A stretch of DNA of 64,000 nucleotides from an uncultured bacterium (GTDB lineage: Bacteria; Krumholzibacteriota; Krumholzibacteriia; LZORAL124-64-63). The notes beneath the pieces are model-generated. The model did not search any database, was not told where the DNA came from, and saw only the letters and a list, made by a program, of their open reading frames with translations. Position 1 is the first letter of the stretch; every line of letters starts with the position of its first letter. A program made the translations under genes and the position numbers. The stretch is from positions 1,824,001-1,888,000 of the forward strand of contig CAVSGO010000007.1 of assembly GCA_963727525.1 (NCBI GenBank), written 5' to 3'. Shown here piece by piece: positions 30,771 through 40,534 of this stretch.

Positions 30771-31564
30771 CACGTTTCGCCGCTGCCGTCGTGCAGACCT
30801 CGCCCAGCTTCGGCGAGGTCGACGCCAACCTCGCACAGGCGCTGGACCTCGTACCACGAGGATGCGACCTGGCCGTGCTGCCCGAGCTGTTCAGCACCGG
30901 CTACCAGTTCCGCGACCGTGCCGAGGCCCGCGCGCTGGCCGAGCCGGTACCGGACGGACCCACCTGCCGCACCCTCGCCGCCTTCGCGAGCGACACCGCA
31001 ATCACGGTCGTGGCCGGTCTCGCCGAGCGCGACGGCGACCACGTATACAATAGCGCCGTGCTCGTGCGCCCCGAGGGCACGCACGCGCTCTACCGCAAGA
31101 TGCACCTCTTCTGGGACGAGAAGGCGATCTTCGACCCGGGCGACCTCGGCTTTCCCGTATTCCCGGCCTGCGGCACCACGGTGGGCCTGATGATCTGTTT
31201 CGACTGGATCTTCCCCGAGGCGGCCCGCACCCTCGCGCTGCGCGGTGCGCTGGTGCTGTGCCACCCCGCAAACCTCGTGTTGCCGCATTGCCCGCAGTCG
31301 ATGCCCGTGCGCGCCCTCGAGAACCGGGTGTACGCCCTCACGGCCAATCGCGTCGGTACCGAGCACCGCACGGAGACGCCGCTGACGTTCATCGGCCGCA
31401 GCCGCATCGTCGCCCCGGACGCCGCGGTGGTCGCCAGTCGTGGAGATACCGACGTCGGAGCCGCCGTGGCCGATCTCGATCTCGCGTGCTGCACCAAGGC
31501 GATCACGCCGCGCAACGACGTGTTCGCCGACCGCCGACCCGAATTCTATGACCTCGGGGCGTAA
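30767..31564 (+). CDS. Carbon-nitrogen hydrolase (nitrilase family)
   Basis: Catalytic E-K-C motifs LPELF, YRKMHL and MICFD. Confidence 0.9.
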   Translation: MTRFAAAVVQTSPSFGEVDANLAQALDLVPRGCDLAVLPELFSTGYQFRDRAEARALAEPVPDGPTCRTLAAFASDTAITVVAGLAERDGDHVYNSAVLVRPEGTHALYRKMHLFWDEKAIFDPGDLGFPVFPACGTTVGLMICFDWIFPEAARTLALRGALVLCHPANLVLPHCPQSMPVRALENRVYALTANRVGTEHRTETPLTFIGRSRIVAPDAAVVASRGDTDVGAAVADLDLACCTKAITPRNDVFADRRPEFYDLGA

Positions 31565-31650
31565 ACGCCGGCCCGCCTCCGTCCGTCTACCCCAACGTGA
31601 CCCCGGAGGAGGTGACGGTGATGGGAGACACGACACATCGTCGGCGGATA

Positions 31651-32109
31651 TCAGTGCATCGTGGGCGGGGCCTGGCCCTCGACGGCGGTGCGGTCGTCGG
31701 CGGCCGCCTCGCCGCGGAACTCGGGGAAGGGCTCCGATTGCGGATCCAGCTCGAGGCTGTGTTCCCATATCTTGAGCAGATTGTCGAATTCCAGGCGCTG
31801 CGCGATGGCCACGACGTCGTCCTCGAGAAACGTCGTGAGGTACTCGGTGCGCCGATCACGGTCCCGCAGGCTCTCCACCAGCGGGATCTCGCGCATCCGC
31901 TGCTCGGGCACCACGCGCGGGCCCTGCAGGTAGTCGAGGTACATGTCCCAGTCGCCGCGGAAGTACCGCAGGCACACGAGGCTGATCTCGACCTCGAAAT
32001 CGGACAGGGGTTCGCCCGCGTCGTCCCTGGCATCATGGTCCCCGGGATTGTCATCTCTCGGACTACCCGGCTTGGAGCCGTTACGCGAGGATTTCTTCGT
32101 CTTGGCCAT
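31651..32109 (-). CDS. Hypothetical acidic protein
   Basis: GGAGG RBS and typical codon usage; co-oriented downstream of glgC. Confidence 0.65.
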   Translation of the reverse strand: MAKTKKSSRNGSKPGSPRDDNPGDHDARDDAGEPLSDFEVEISLVCLRYFRGDWDMYLDYLQGPRVVPEQRMREIPLVESLRDRDRRTEYLTTFLEDDVVAIAQRLEFDNLLKIWEHSLELDPQSEPFPEFRGEAAADDRTAVEGQAPPTMH

Positions 32110-32181
32110 GGATCCTCCAGCAGCAGGGCCGGCCACCGAGGCCAGCCCAGGCTCAAAAGATCGACCGAATCGGTGCCGCGG

Positions 32182-33435
32182 TCAACCAGCGTCCATGCCG
32201 GACAGGTCCATCTCCTTGGGAACGACGACGATACCCCGATCCGTGACCTTGAACAGCCGCCGGTCGCGCTCGAGGTCGCGCCCGATCACCATGCCTTCGG
32301 GAATTCGCACGTCCTTGTCGCAGATCACCCGGTGCAACTCGGCATAGCGGCCCACCTGAACGCCGTCCATCAGGATGGAGTCGGACACCTTCCCGTAGGA
32401 ATTCACCTTGATGCCGCGGTGCAGGATCGAGTGCTCCACGCGCGCGCCGGACACCACCGAGCCGCCCCCGATAATCGAGTTGGCCAGCACGCCCGGAAGC
32501 TGCTCATCCTCGGTGAATCCGTGGATGGCCTTGGCCGGCGGCACGGGCGGTTGCCAGGCCCGGAATGGCCAGTCGCGGTCGTAGAGATTGAGCTGGGGGT
32601 TGCGCGACACGAGGTCCATGGCCGCATCGTAGAAGCTGTCGAGCGTGCCGATGTCGCGCCAGTAGAGCGGCAGCAGCGTCTTCTCGTCGCGGAAGGGGTA
32701 GGCGTACACCCCGCCCTCCTCCACCAAGCGCGGGATGATGTCCTTGCCGAAGTCGTGATTCGAGTCCGGGCGCCGCGCGTCGTTGCACAGCTCCTTCACC
32801 AGGGATTCCGTGTCGAAGACGTACACGCCCATGTTCACGAGGCAATGATGCGGATCGCCGGGAATGGTCTTGGGATTGGGCGGCTTCTCCTCGTAGCCGA
32901 TCACGCGCCAGTCGGCATCCACCTCGAGGATACCGAACTGGTTGGCGCCCTCGCGCGGCACGACGGCGGCACAGAGGCTGAACGGCGCTCCCTTGGCGAT
33001 GTGGAAGTTCATGAAGTCGCCGTAGTCCATCTTGTAGACGTGGTCGCCCGAGAGGATCAGCACATGGAGTGGCCGGTGCTTCTCCAGCAGGTAGATGTTG
33101 TGATACACCGCGTCGGCCGTGCCCTCGTACCATTTGGTGCCGATGCGATGTTGAGGCGGGATCCGGTAGAGGAACTCGTCGGCCTCGTAGTTGAAGATGT
33201 TCCAGCCGCGCTGCAGGTGTTTGTCCAGCGAATAGCTCTTGTATTGCGTGAGCACGAAGATCCGGCGCAGCCCGCTGTTGAAGCAGTTGGAGAGGGTGAA
33301 GTCGATGATGCGGTAATGGCCACCGAAGGGGACCGAGGGCTTGGATCGGTCTCTCGTGAGGGGGTACAACCGTTCGCCCTGACCCCCGGCCAGCACGATG
33401 GTCAGAGTCCGGCGCATGCGCTGCAGCAAATCCAC
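32182..33435 (-). CDS. glgC: Glucose-1-phosphate adenylyltransferase
   Basis: VLAGGQGERLYPLT, KPSVPFGG, LSGDHVYKMDY, DFGKDIIP and YWRDIGT. Start codon uncertain. Confidence 0.95.
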   Translation of the reverse strand: MDLLQRMRRTLTIVLAGGQGERLYPLTRDRSKPSVPFGGHYRIIDFTLSNCFNSGLRRIFVLTQYKSYSLDKHLQRGWNIFNYEADEFLYRIPPQHRIGTKWYEGTADAVYHNIYLLEKHRPLHVLILSGDHVYKMDYGDFMNFHIAKGAPFSLCAAVVPREGANQFGILEVDADWRVIGYEEKPPNPKTIPGDPHHCLVNMGVYVFDTESLVKELCNDARRPDSNHDFGKDIIPRLVEEGGVYAYPFRDEKTLLPLYWRDIGTLDSFYDAAMDLVSRNPQLNLYDRDWPFRAWQPPVPPAKAIHGFTEDEQLPGVLANSIIGGGSVVSGARVEHSILHRGIKVNSYGKVSDSILMDGVQVGRYAELHRVICDKDVRIPEGMVIGRDLERDRRLFKVTDRGIVVVPKEMDLSGMDAG

Positions 33436-33496
33436 TGATCGCGGCTCCCCGGTTCCCGCGCGGGTGCTCAACCGGCCGCCCGCGCGAACCGCGGGA

Positions 33497-33865
33497 TTAG
33501 TTCTCGATCATCTTGGCGGCCAGCAGTTCCTTGACCTTGGCCAGGAGTTCCGTGACATCCGACGACTTCGTGATGTACGCGTCAGCAGACCAGGTCAGGA
33601 AGTTTTCCTTGTAGCTCGAGTACGCGGTGTTCAGGATCACCGGAATGGTATTATCCATATCCAGGATCCTTTGCAAAGCTTCGATTCCGTCCATGCCCGC
33701 CATCCTGATGTCAAGAATCACCAGATCGGGCTTCATGGTCTCGACGTACTCGAGTGCCTGTTCCGCGTCGGAGGCAGTCAGCGTCTCGTAGCCGGCTCGC
33801 CGCAGTTCCGTCTCGTATAGCAGGCGCAGATGGGGCTCGTCGTCCACGATCAGGACTTTTACCAT
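33497..33865 (-). CDS. Single-domain response regulator
   Basis: LIVDDE, ILDIRM, NTAY and TKS. Confidence 0.92.
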   Translation of the reverse strand: MVKVLIVDDEPHLRLLYETELRRAGYETLTASDAEQALEYVETMKPDLVILDIRMAGMDGIEALQRILDMDNTIPVILNTAYSSYKENFLTWSADAYITKSSDVTELLAKVKELLAAKMIEN

Positions 33866-33949
33866 GTCATACCTCCTTGCCGGCCCTCCCGGGTGAGGGC
33901 GTCGTGAAACACCATATCAGAGGCGCCGAGCTTCAGCCAGGGCAATCGC

Positions 33950-35716
33950 TCAGTGGTCCGGTTCCGCGGCGCCACGCGGCAGGGGCAGAATGAAGCTGAC
34001 CCGCGCGCCGCCCTCCGGTCGGTTCTCCGCGCGCAACACGCCCCCGTGGGCCTTGATGATCTGGGCGCAGATCGTCAGGCCCAGTCCCGAACCAGTGGTC
34101 TTGGTCGTGAAGAAAGGCGCGAACATCCGTTCGGCCACATCCTTGGCAATTCCCGGGCCCTGATCCTCCACCTGGACAAGCACACCGCCCCCGAGGGTCC
34201 GGCTGTGGACACGCACGATTCCCCCATCTGGTTGGGTCTGGATCGCGTTAACTATCAAATTTTGCAGTACTTGTTGAATTTCACCGGGATGGCAGTTCAC
34301 CTCCGTAGGACCAGCTTGCAGGTCGCGCGCGAGGGTGACACCCGCCTCCGCGAATTGCGGTTCCATCTTGGCGAGCGCATCCTCCACCACGCGATCCGCT
34401 GACACGATCCTGCGCATCATCTTCTGCGGTCGGATGAAATCCAGCAAGTCGTGGATGATCCGCTCGAGACGCTCCACCTCGCCGGTGATGATCTTGGCGA
34501 ACTCGCGGTTCGGATCGCCCTCGGGTAGTCCGCGCAGCAGCGAGCGCGCGAAACCGCCGATCGCGACGAGAGGATTGCGGAGTTCGTGCGCGACGATGGC
34601 GGAGGTCTCGCCCATCACCGAGAGTCGTTCCATGCGCAAGAGAGTCTGTTGATCCTCTTTCTGCTTCCGGTGCGCCTTGTGCAGATCGCGCACCTTCTGC
34701 GCGAGTTCGTGGGTCAGGCTACTGTTCTCGATGGCGTTGGCCGACTGGTTCGCGAAGAGTTGCAGGAACTCCAGGTCGAGCGGCGTGATCTCGAGACCGC
34801 TGATGGCGTTGTCCGCGATGAGCACCCCCAGAGGACCCTGACGGGTAGCAAGCGGTGCCACGGCGAAACGGTGCGCGCCCAGCCAGCCGCGAACGTCGTC
34901 GACGGACGGTCCGGAGTCGGTCTCGGTGACGTAGATGACCTTGCGGTCGAACATGGCCCGGATCAGCACGTTGTCGGCCTGGCCGAGCGGCACCTCGAGG
35001 CTTCGCACCACGTTGTTGACGGCCACGTCGGTCTCCTTGAGGGACCGGTCGTAGCTCGTCATCATCTCGTAGAGATCCGTGGGCTGGTGGGCGAGATCGG
35101 TCCAGATCCGCGCCGCCTCCTCGCGGCTGCTGGGGCCGATGGCGATCTCGCCGCGCAGCACCTTGCGCTTCTCGTCGATCAGCAGCAAGAATGCGCGGTT
35201 GAAGCGCAGGCCCTGGCCGGCGGTCATCGCGATGAGCACCGCCTCGAGCACCTGGTCGAGGCTGAGATGCGCCCCGTACAGCGCCTCGTTGAGCTGGTTG
35301 AGCAGGCTGAGCTTGGCAAGACGCGCCGCGCGCAGGGCATCCTGCGCCTCGAGTTCGCTCGCATCGTGCAGGACAAGACTGAAGTAGGCGCGCCCCATGG
35401 CGTCGTGGAAGCACTGGCAGTGCACCTCGGCCGGATGCACGGCGCCGCTGGCGGTGATCAGCTCCAGCTCATGATAGCAGCCAGCCTCGGGACAGTCCGG
35501 CGTGGCGCCGTCGCCGAAGACGTCGAGATTGGCGACGATCCGGTCGAGCGTCAGCCCACGCAACTGCTTGCGCGGGATCTGCAGGATGCGGGCCGCGCCA
35601 TCGCTCGCCATGACGATGTGCCAGTCGCTGCTGATGATGAGCTGGGCGACCTTGCTCGTGCCGAAGCCCAGTTCCGCGAGTTCCGCGGGATCGAAGTCCG
35701 CGTGCGGATCCGTCAT
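33950..35716 (-). CDS. Cytoplasmic PAS-GAF sensor histidine kinase
   Basis: AHELRNPL, NLIVNA, DQGPG and FFTTKTTGSGLGL. Confidence 0.92.
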   Translation of the reverse strand: MTDPHADFDPAELAELGFGTSKVAQLIISSDWHIVMASDGAARILQIPRKQLRGLTLDRIVANLDVFGDGATPDCPEAGCYHELELITASGAVHPAEVHCQCFHDAMGRAYFSLVLHDASELEAQDALRAARLAKLSLLNQLNEALYGAHLSLDQVLEAVLIAMTAGQGLRFNRAFLLLIDEKRKVLRGEIAIGPSSREEAARIWTDLAHQPTDLYEMMTSYDRSLKETDVAVNNVVRSLEVPLGQADNVLIRAMFDRKVIYVTETDSGPSVDDVRGWLGAHRFAVAPLATRQGPLGVLIADNAISGLEITPLDLEFLQLFANQSANAIENSSLTHELAQKVRDLHKAHRKQKEDQQTLLRMERLSVMGETSAIVAHELRNPLVAIGGFARSLLRGLPEGDPNREFAKIITGEVERLERIIHDLLDFIRPQKMMRRIVSADRVVEDALAKMEPQFAEAGVTLARDLQAGPTEVNCHPGEIQQVLQNLIVNAIQTQPDGGIVRVHSRTLGGGVLVQVEDQGPGIAKDVAERMFAPFFTTKTTGSGLGLTICAQIIKAHGGVLRAENRPEGGARVSFILPLPRGAAEPDH

Positions 35717-35729
35717 GGTGGACACCTCC

Positions 35730-35852
35730 TCAGGCCGTGGTTGGCGACTTCAGTCGCCGGTAGGCCGCCTCGTATTGCGGAGCCGCTGCATCCCAGCCGA
35801 AGTCCTGCGCCATGCCGCCGAGGTGGCCGTAGAGGGGCAGCACGATGCGCAT
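35730..35852 (-). pseudogene. glgA: Internally deleted glycogen synthase remnant
   Basis: 40-aa ORF MRIVLPLYGHLGGMAQDFGWDAAAPQYEAAY joins GlgA-like N-terminal pieces (MRIV, VLPLYG) to the GlgA C-terminal motif (MxxDFxWxxxAxxYxxxY). It overlaps the galT stop in a glgC locus. Confidence 0.7.
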
Positions 35853-36880
35853 CACGTCTCGGCCTTTCCCCCGCGCAACTCCGCCAGGGCGTCGCGCAGA
35901 TGCGCGGCGGCCGTCGCTGGAGCGAGCGGATTGATGAAGAACCCGGATCCCGTCTCGAATCCCGCCATCGGCACGAGGCGCGGCAGAACCTCGAGATGCC
36001 AGTGGAACCCGTCGGCGGCGCCGCCGACCGGCCCCGTATGCAGCACGAGATTGTAAGCATGATCGCCGGCCGCGGCGCGTAGCGCCAGCAGGACGGAAAC
36101 GATCATGCCGCCGAGGTCCTCCAGTTCGGCCCCACTCGCCGCGGCAACGTGCGCCGCATGGCTGCGCGGCACGAGCACCACCTCCCAGGGGAAGCGACTG
36201 GCCCAGGGTGCGAGGGCTAGCCAGCACGGCGACGCAGCCACCACCCGCGCGGCATTCGCCTCCTCCTGCGCCGCCAGATCGCAGAACAGGCAGCGCCCCT
36301 GCTGCGCGCGCCAGGTCGCGAGAGCGCGCACCTCCTGGCGGACGACCGTCGGCACGACGGGCGTGGCGATGATCTGACCATGCGCGTGAGCGAGCGTGGC
36401 CCCTGCACCAGCCCCGGCGTTGACGAAGAACAGGACCGACACGATTCCCGGCATCGCCTCGAGCACCGCCACCCGGTCTCGCACGACCCGCAGGATCTCG
36501 GCCACGTGAACGGGCGCCAGGTCTGCCAGCGAGGCGCCGTGCTCGGGAGTGAAGACGACGACCTCGTGATGGCCATGGCCAGGCCAGCCGGTGGCGAGAT
36601 CCGGCGCGTCCGGCGCCGGCACGGCCGCACGCGGAACGAGGGCCGGATAGCGATTGGGGAAGACTCGCACGCGCCACGGCGACCGATTGGCCGCGAATCC
36701 GGCTGGGCGCCCGGTCGCCACGATCTCCGGCGGCGTCTGCGCTTCCTCGCCGGGACAGAAGGGGCACGGCCGCGCCGTGACGAACTCGCGGGCGAGACCG
36801 ATGTCGCGCGGACGCCCACCACGGTCGGGCGCGATGATCACCCACCCGTCCCGGAGCGCATCGTACCGTAGCTCGGACAT
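35852..36880 (-). CDS. galT: GalT-like galactose-1-phosphate uridylyltransferase / HIT-family nucleotidyltransferase
   Basis: WVIIAPDRGGRP, CPFCPG, FPNRYPAL, GATLAHAHGQ and HWHLEVLPR. Confidence 0.85.
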   Translation of the reverse strand: MSELRYDALRDGWVIIAPDRGGRPRDIGLAREFVTARPCPFCPGEEAQTPPEIVATGRPAGFAANRSPWRVRVFPNRYPALVPRAAVPAPDAPDLATGWPGHGHHEVVVFTPEHGASLADLAPVHVAEILRVVRDRVAVLEAMPGIVSVLFFVNAGAGAGATLAHAHGQIIATPVVPTVVRQEVRALATWRAQQGRCLFCDLAAQEEANAARVVAASPCWLALAPWASRFPWEVVLVPRSHAAHVAAASGAELEDLGGMIVSVLLALRAAAGDHAYNLVLHTGPVGGAADGFHWHLEVLPRLVPMAGFETGSGFFINPLAPATAAAHLRDALAELRGGKAET

Positions 36881-37013
36881 GGGGGCCTCCGCTGCCGAAA
36901 AATCGCGCGATTCCCGGGAACCCCGGGACGCGCCCCGCGTAGAATACCGCGTCTCCAGGAGAGTACCAGAGCTATCCCCCCATGGCTGCCTCCAGGAACA
37001 CATCGCGTATGCA

Positions 37014-37044
37014 CAGAGACGGGGCCCGCGGAGCCCCGTCTCTG
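37014..37044 (-). terminator. Intrinsic terminator-like hairpin
   Basis: CAGAGACGGGG...CCCCGTCTCTG downstream of the 1017-aa gene. Confidence 0.7.
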
Positions 37045-37066
37045 TTTCTAGCCTGCACGCAGTGGG

Positions 37067-40000
37067 TTACTTGATGAGCGCCATCTTCCCGAGGCGCACG
37101 TCGTCGCCGGCCACGAGTTCACGCACGTAGATCCCCGACGCGACCGCGGCACCGCGTTCGTCGGTGCCGTCCCAGACCACGGAGCCCGGCCCCGCCGGTT
37201 GGCGACCGCGCAGGAGGGTCTTCACGAGGCGGCCGCGCAGGTCATAGATCCGCAGCGTCGCATCGCCGGTACGCGGCAGGTTGTAGGCGATGGTCGTCGA
37301 CGGGTTGAAGGGGTTGGGGTAGTTCCGAGCACTCAGCACGGGAGCGGCCGGAACGTCGGTGGGGGTACCGCCGCCGGTGCCGAAGTACGCGAGCACGTCG
37401 CCGAGCAAGCGCGTCCGCGCAGCCAGCGGCATTCCCGTGGCGTCCTCGTCGGGATCCGTGAGCACGGCTCCCAGCCCCATGGGTAACGTGATCACCGTTT
37501 CCCGCGTCGTCATCGCCTCGTGCAGCACCAGCGCCGCGTACGGATACACGCCTCCTTGTCCCTGCGCGTTCGTGAACTCGGCCAGCGATACGCTCCCCGG
37601 CTCGGGCACGAGGCCATCGAACGTCTGCCGCTGCGGACAGGCGCCGAGAGCGAGCCAGCGGTTCACCGACGTGACCACGGTGTTGTCGGCCATCGCGAGC
37701 ACGAGCGGCGACACCTGGCCGCCGATCGCCCCCGACACGTCGGCCGCGGTGACCTCCACGCCCATCTCCGCGGACACGAACGCCGCGCCCTGCGTACCCG
37801 ATGCCGCCACGCTCGACGCGAGATTCGCGCCGCAGAGCAGGGCATGGCCCGCCGTCGCCTGGAGCCAGGTCGTGAGCACCTGCAGGTCCCGTGACGGCTC
37901 GAGATCGGCGGCGCCATCGCCGAGCGTGGCGCGCGCATGGTCGCCGGCCGAGTAGAGCAGCGTGGCGTAGCCCGTGAGCTGGTCGGGTGTCGCACGGCCG
38001 CCGAGTCCGTTGCCGGCCCCGGCGGAGGGCGCGCGGGTGACGAATCGATCGAAGTCCACGCCCTCATGCAGACCGAGATTCGCGAAGGCGACGTCCCACT
38101 CGTCCTCGCGGTCGCCGGTCGTAAAGTCGTCCCAGAACAGGATGGCGGGCTGCGCCCCCAGCACGGCGTCGGTCAGGGTGGGCAAGGCGCGCATCGTGGC
38201 AACCCGCGGGTACGGCGACTCGCCCGCGAACGAGGCGAAGCCCGTCGTGTCAGCCGGCCAGGTCGTCATCGCGAGATCGGCGCCATCCAGCTCGCTCATG
38301 ATGAAATAGAAATGCAAGACGTCGCCAGGGAAGATGAGGTTCGAATCGGGCAGATCGAAGTAGTAGCGGTTCGGCACCACGGCACCGTCCGCATTTCGAC
38401 ACGGAGTGCCCTGGACCTGGAGCGAGATGACACCCTCGCCGTTGGGCTGCGCGACCCGGTATGGATTGAAGAGAGCATTCGCCTTCAGGCGGACCTTGAG
38501 GTTCGGTACACCGAGCGGGATAGCGCCCGCGCGCAGCACGGCCGATGTGATGACGATCGAGTCGCCCGGGTCGTTGCGCAGCGTCTCGAGCGGGCTGATC
38601 GACCGCCCCATGTCGAACCGGCACGAGTTGCGCCCCAGGTCAACGTAGTCGATCGAGCCGATGGCCGGGAACGTGTCTTGCGGCAGGTCGGCCTCGGCGA
38701 CGAGGATGGACGGCGCCGTCGCAGGCCACGCCTTCACCGCCACGTTATCGAAGTACGGGGCCGGCGTCGCGTCAGTGCCGGTGAGGCCCCAGACCCAGCC
38801 GTACTGCTGGACCCCGAGTTCCACCTGCACCCAGCGGCGGCCGGCAACGAGCAGATCGCCGACAAGCTCGTCCTGACGCAGATACGCCGGGCTGCCGTAG
38901 TAGAGCGCATCGCGCGATTGCCACGGCGCAGTATCGAGGTTGGCGGGATCATCGCTGGCAGTGGAGCGCACGCGCCAGCGGTAGAGCATGCCCGGCGACT
39001 GGCCGGCCAACGGTTCGTGGCGCCAGACGTCGAACGCGACCCTGGCCTGATCGCAGCCGTCGGGCCACGCCAGCGCCGGCGAGATGATCGCATTGTCGAG
39101 ATGGTGCGTCGGCCCCAGCAAGCCCCCCGTGGCATTCACCACGTATCCACCCGGACCGTAGCACCACTGGATGCATGGCGCGCCACCGGTTCCGGGCACC
39201 ACGGAACCGTCGTCGACGAAGCAGACCTGCCATGAGGCATTGCTGCGGCAGGGATCGAGGTCGAGCAGATTGTCTACCAGATGGGCGAAGTCGCCGACGC
39301 CAGCGTCGAACTCGGTGACCCAGGACACGGGCGTGCCCGGTTCGAAATCGTCGTATGTGGCCAGTTGGGTGTTCACGGACACGGCGATGTCGTCGATCTG
39401 ACAGCCGCCTGTGGTGGGGTACAGACCGTCCTCGTCGGACCAGATCTCGTCGGACACGAAGGTCCAGCGCAGAAGGATCGCATCGCCGTCGGCGCCCGCG
39501 TAGTCCTCCGGATCCACGGTGAACGACACGTCGACCGCGCGGTTGATCCGCCAGCCCTCGTAGATCGCCAGCGTGACCCAGCCACCCGCGCGAGAAAGGC
39601 TCAGCTGGACGTGGTCGAAGCCGGGTTCCGTGTCATGATTCAGATAGGCCTGTACCGTCACGTCGCTGGGCACGGCCGGGTCAGCCACGATGCCGGTCCA
39701 TCGCAGCTTGGCTTGCCAGCCGTTGCCGTAGCCGCTGCGACCGCTGGGGAACGTCGCCCCGCACCACATCGCATGGTTGCCGGCGCCGTGATCGCCCAGC
39801 GCCGCGGCGTTGAAGGTGGAGACGTGCCAGAGCGTGTCGCCCACCACGGTGTAGTCTTTCGAGGTCCACCCTTGCCAGTCGGGCCCACCGGCCGGTGTCT
39901 CGAAGCGCCCGTCCCAGCGATCGGGTCCGCCCAGCAGGACCAGGGTGTCGCGACTCGCCACGGCGCTCGCCGGCGGGCCGTATGGTGGCAACATGGTGGC

Positions 40001-40120
40001 GCCGGCCTGCGTCAGCAGCGGCGATGGCGCCGGCGTGAGCGCGCGGGCAGGACAGGAAATACTGTCCAGGAGGATCAGGCATACGCTGGCGGCGAGAACG
40101 GGGCCCAACGTGAAGCGCAT
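37067..40120 (-). CDS. Large secreted protein (1017 aa) with C-terminal FlgD-like tail
   Basis: Signal peptide; jelly-roll-like motifs GYGNGW, DTEPGFD and SDEDG; C-terminal NYPNPFNPSTTI...ASGIY...KMALIK. Confidence 0.88.
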   Translation of the reverse strand: MRFTLGPVLAASVCLILLDSISCPARALTPAPSPLLTQAGATMLPPYGPPASAVASRDTLVLLGGPDRWDGRFETPAGGPDWQGWTSKDYTVVGDTLWHVSTFNAAALGDHGAGNHAMWCGATFPSGRSGYGNGWQAKLRWTGIVADPAVPSDVTVQAYLNHDTEPGFDHVQLSLSRAGGWVTLAIYEGWRINRAVDVSFTVDPEDYAGADGDAILLRWTFVSDEIWSDEDGLYPTTGGCQIDDIAVSVNTQLATYDDFEPGTPVSWVTEFDAGVGDFAHLVDNLLDLDPCRSNASWQVCFVDDGSVVPGTGGAPCIQWCYGPGGYVVNATGGLLGPTHHLDNAIISPALAWPDGCDQARVAFDVWRHEPLAGQSPGMLYRWRVRSTASDDPANLDTAPWQSRDALYYGSPAYLRQDELVGDLLVAGRRWVQVELGVQQYGWVWGLTGTDATPAPYFDNVAVKAWPATAPSILVAEADLPQDTFPAIGSIDYVDLGRNSCRFDMGRSISPLETLRNDPGDSIVITSAVLRAGAIPLGVPNLKVRLKANALFNPYRVAQPNGEGVISLQVQGTPCRNADGAVVPNRYYFDLPDSNLIFPGDVLHFYFIMSELDGADLAMTTWPADTTGFASFAGESPYPRVATMRALPTLTDAVLGAQPAILFWDDFTTGDREDEWDVAFANLGLHEGVDFDRFVTRAPSAGAGNGLGGRATPDQLTGYATLLYSAGDHARATLGDGAADLEPSRDLQVLTTWLQATAGHALLCGANLASSVAASGTQGAAFVSAEMGVEVTAADVSGAIGGQVSPLVLAMADNTVVTSVNRWLALGACPQRQTFDGLVPEPGSVSLAEFTNAQGQGGVYPYAALVLHEAMTTRETVITLPMGLGAVLTDPDEDATGMPLAARTRLLGDVLAYFGTGGGTPTDVPAAPVLSARNYPNPFNPSTTIAYNLPRTGDATLRIYDLRGRLVKTLLRGRQPAGPGSVVWDGTDERGAAVASGIYVRELVAGDDVRLGKMALIK

Positions 40121-40221
40121 GGGGTGTCCTTGGTCTGCGTGTCCGAGGTGCTCGTCGTCATGATACGAGGGTCCAATTTTACCCTTTTTAGCATATGCGC
40201 GTCAAACCGGTGGGTATGCAG

Positions 40222-40248
40222 GCAGGGGAGGCAGCCGGCCTCCCCTGC
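40222..40248 (-). terminator. Hairpin downstream of FlgD-tail remnant
   Basis: GCAGGGGAGG-N7-CCTCCCCTGC. Confidence 0.6.
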
Positions 40249-40271
40249 ACTCCTAACCCCATTCAATACCG

Positions 40272-40440
40272 TTACTTGACGAGCGCCACCTTGCCGAACC
40301 CGACCTCCGCGCCCACCCGCGCTTCGTAGAAATATACCCCCGCGGCGGCGGCGGCACCGCGCTCGTCACGGCCGTCCCAGGCGAGAGCGTGGTCTCCGGC
40401 ACCACGACCGCCGCCCGGCCGGTCCAGATCGTCATCCGCC
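40272..40440 (-). pseudogene. Orphan FlgD-like C-terminal tail fragment
   Basis: AWDGRDERGAAAAAGVYFYEARVG...KVALVK-stop with no intact upstream body. Confidence 0.7.
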
Positions 40441-40534
40441 AGTGTCCAACGTGCGATGCCCTCGTTCACGATGCGCCGGTGCGCCCAACCGCGCCACGAT
40501 TCCCCCGAGAATACGGGCTTCTGCGTGCCGTCGA

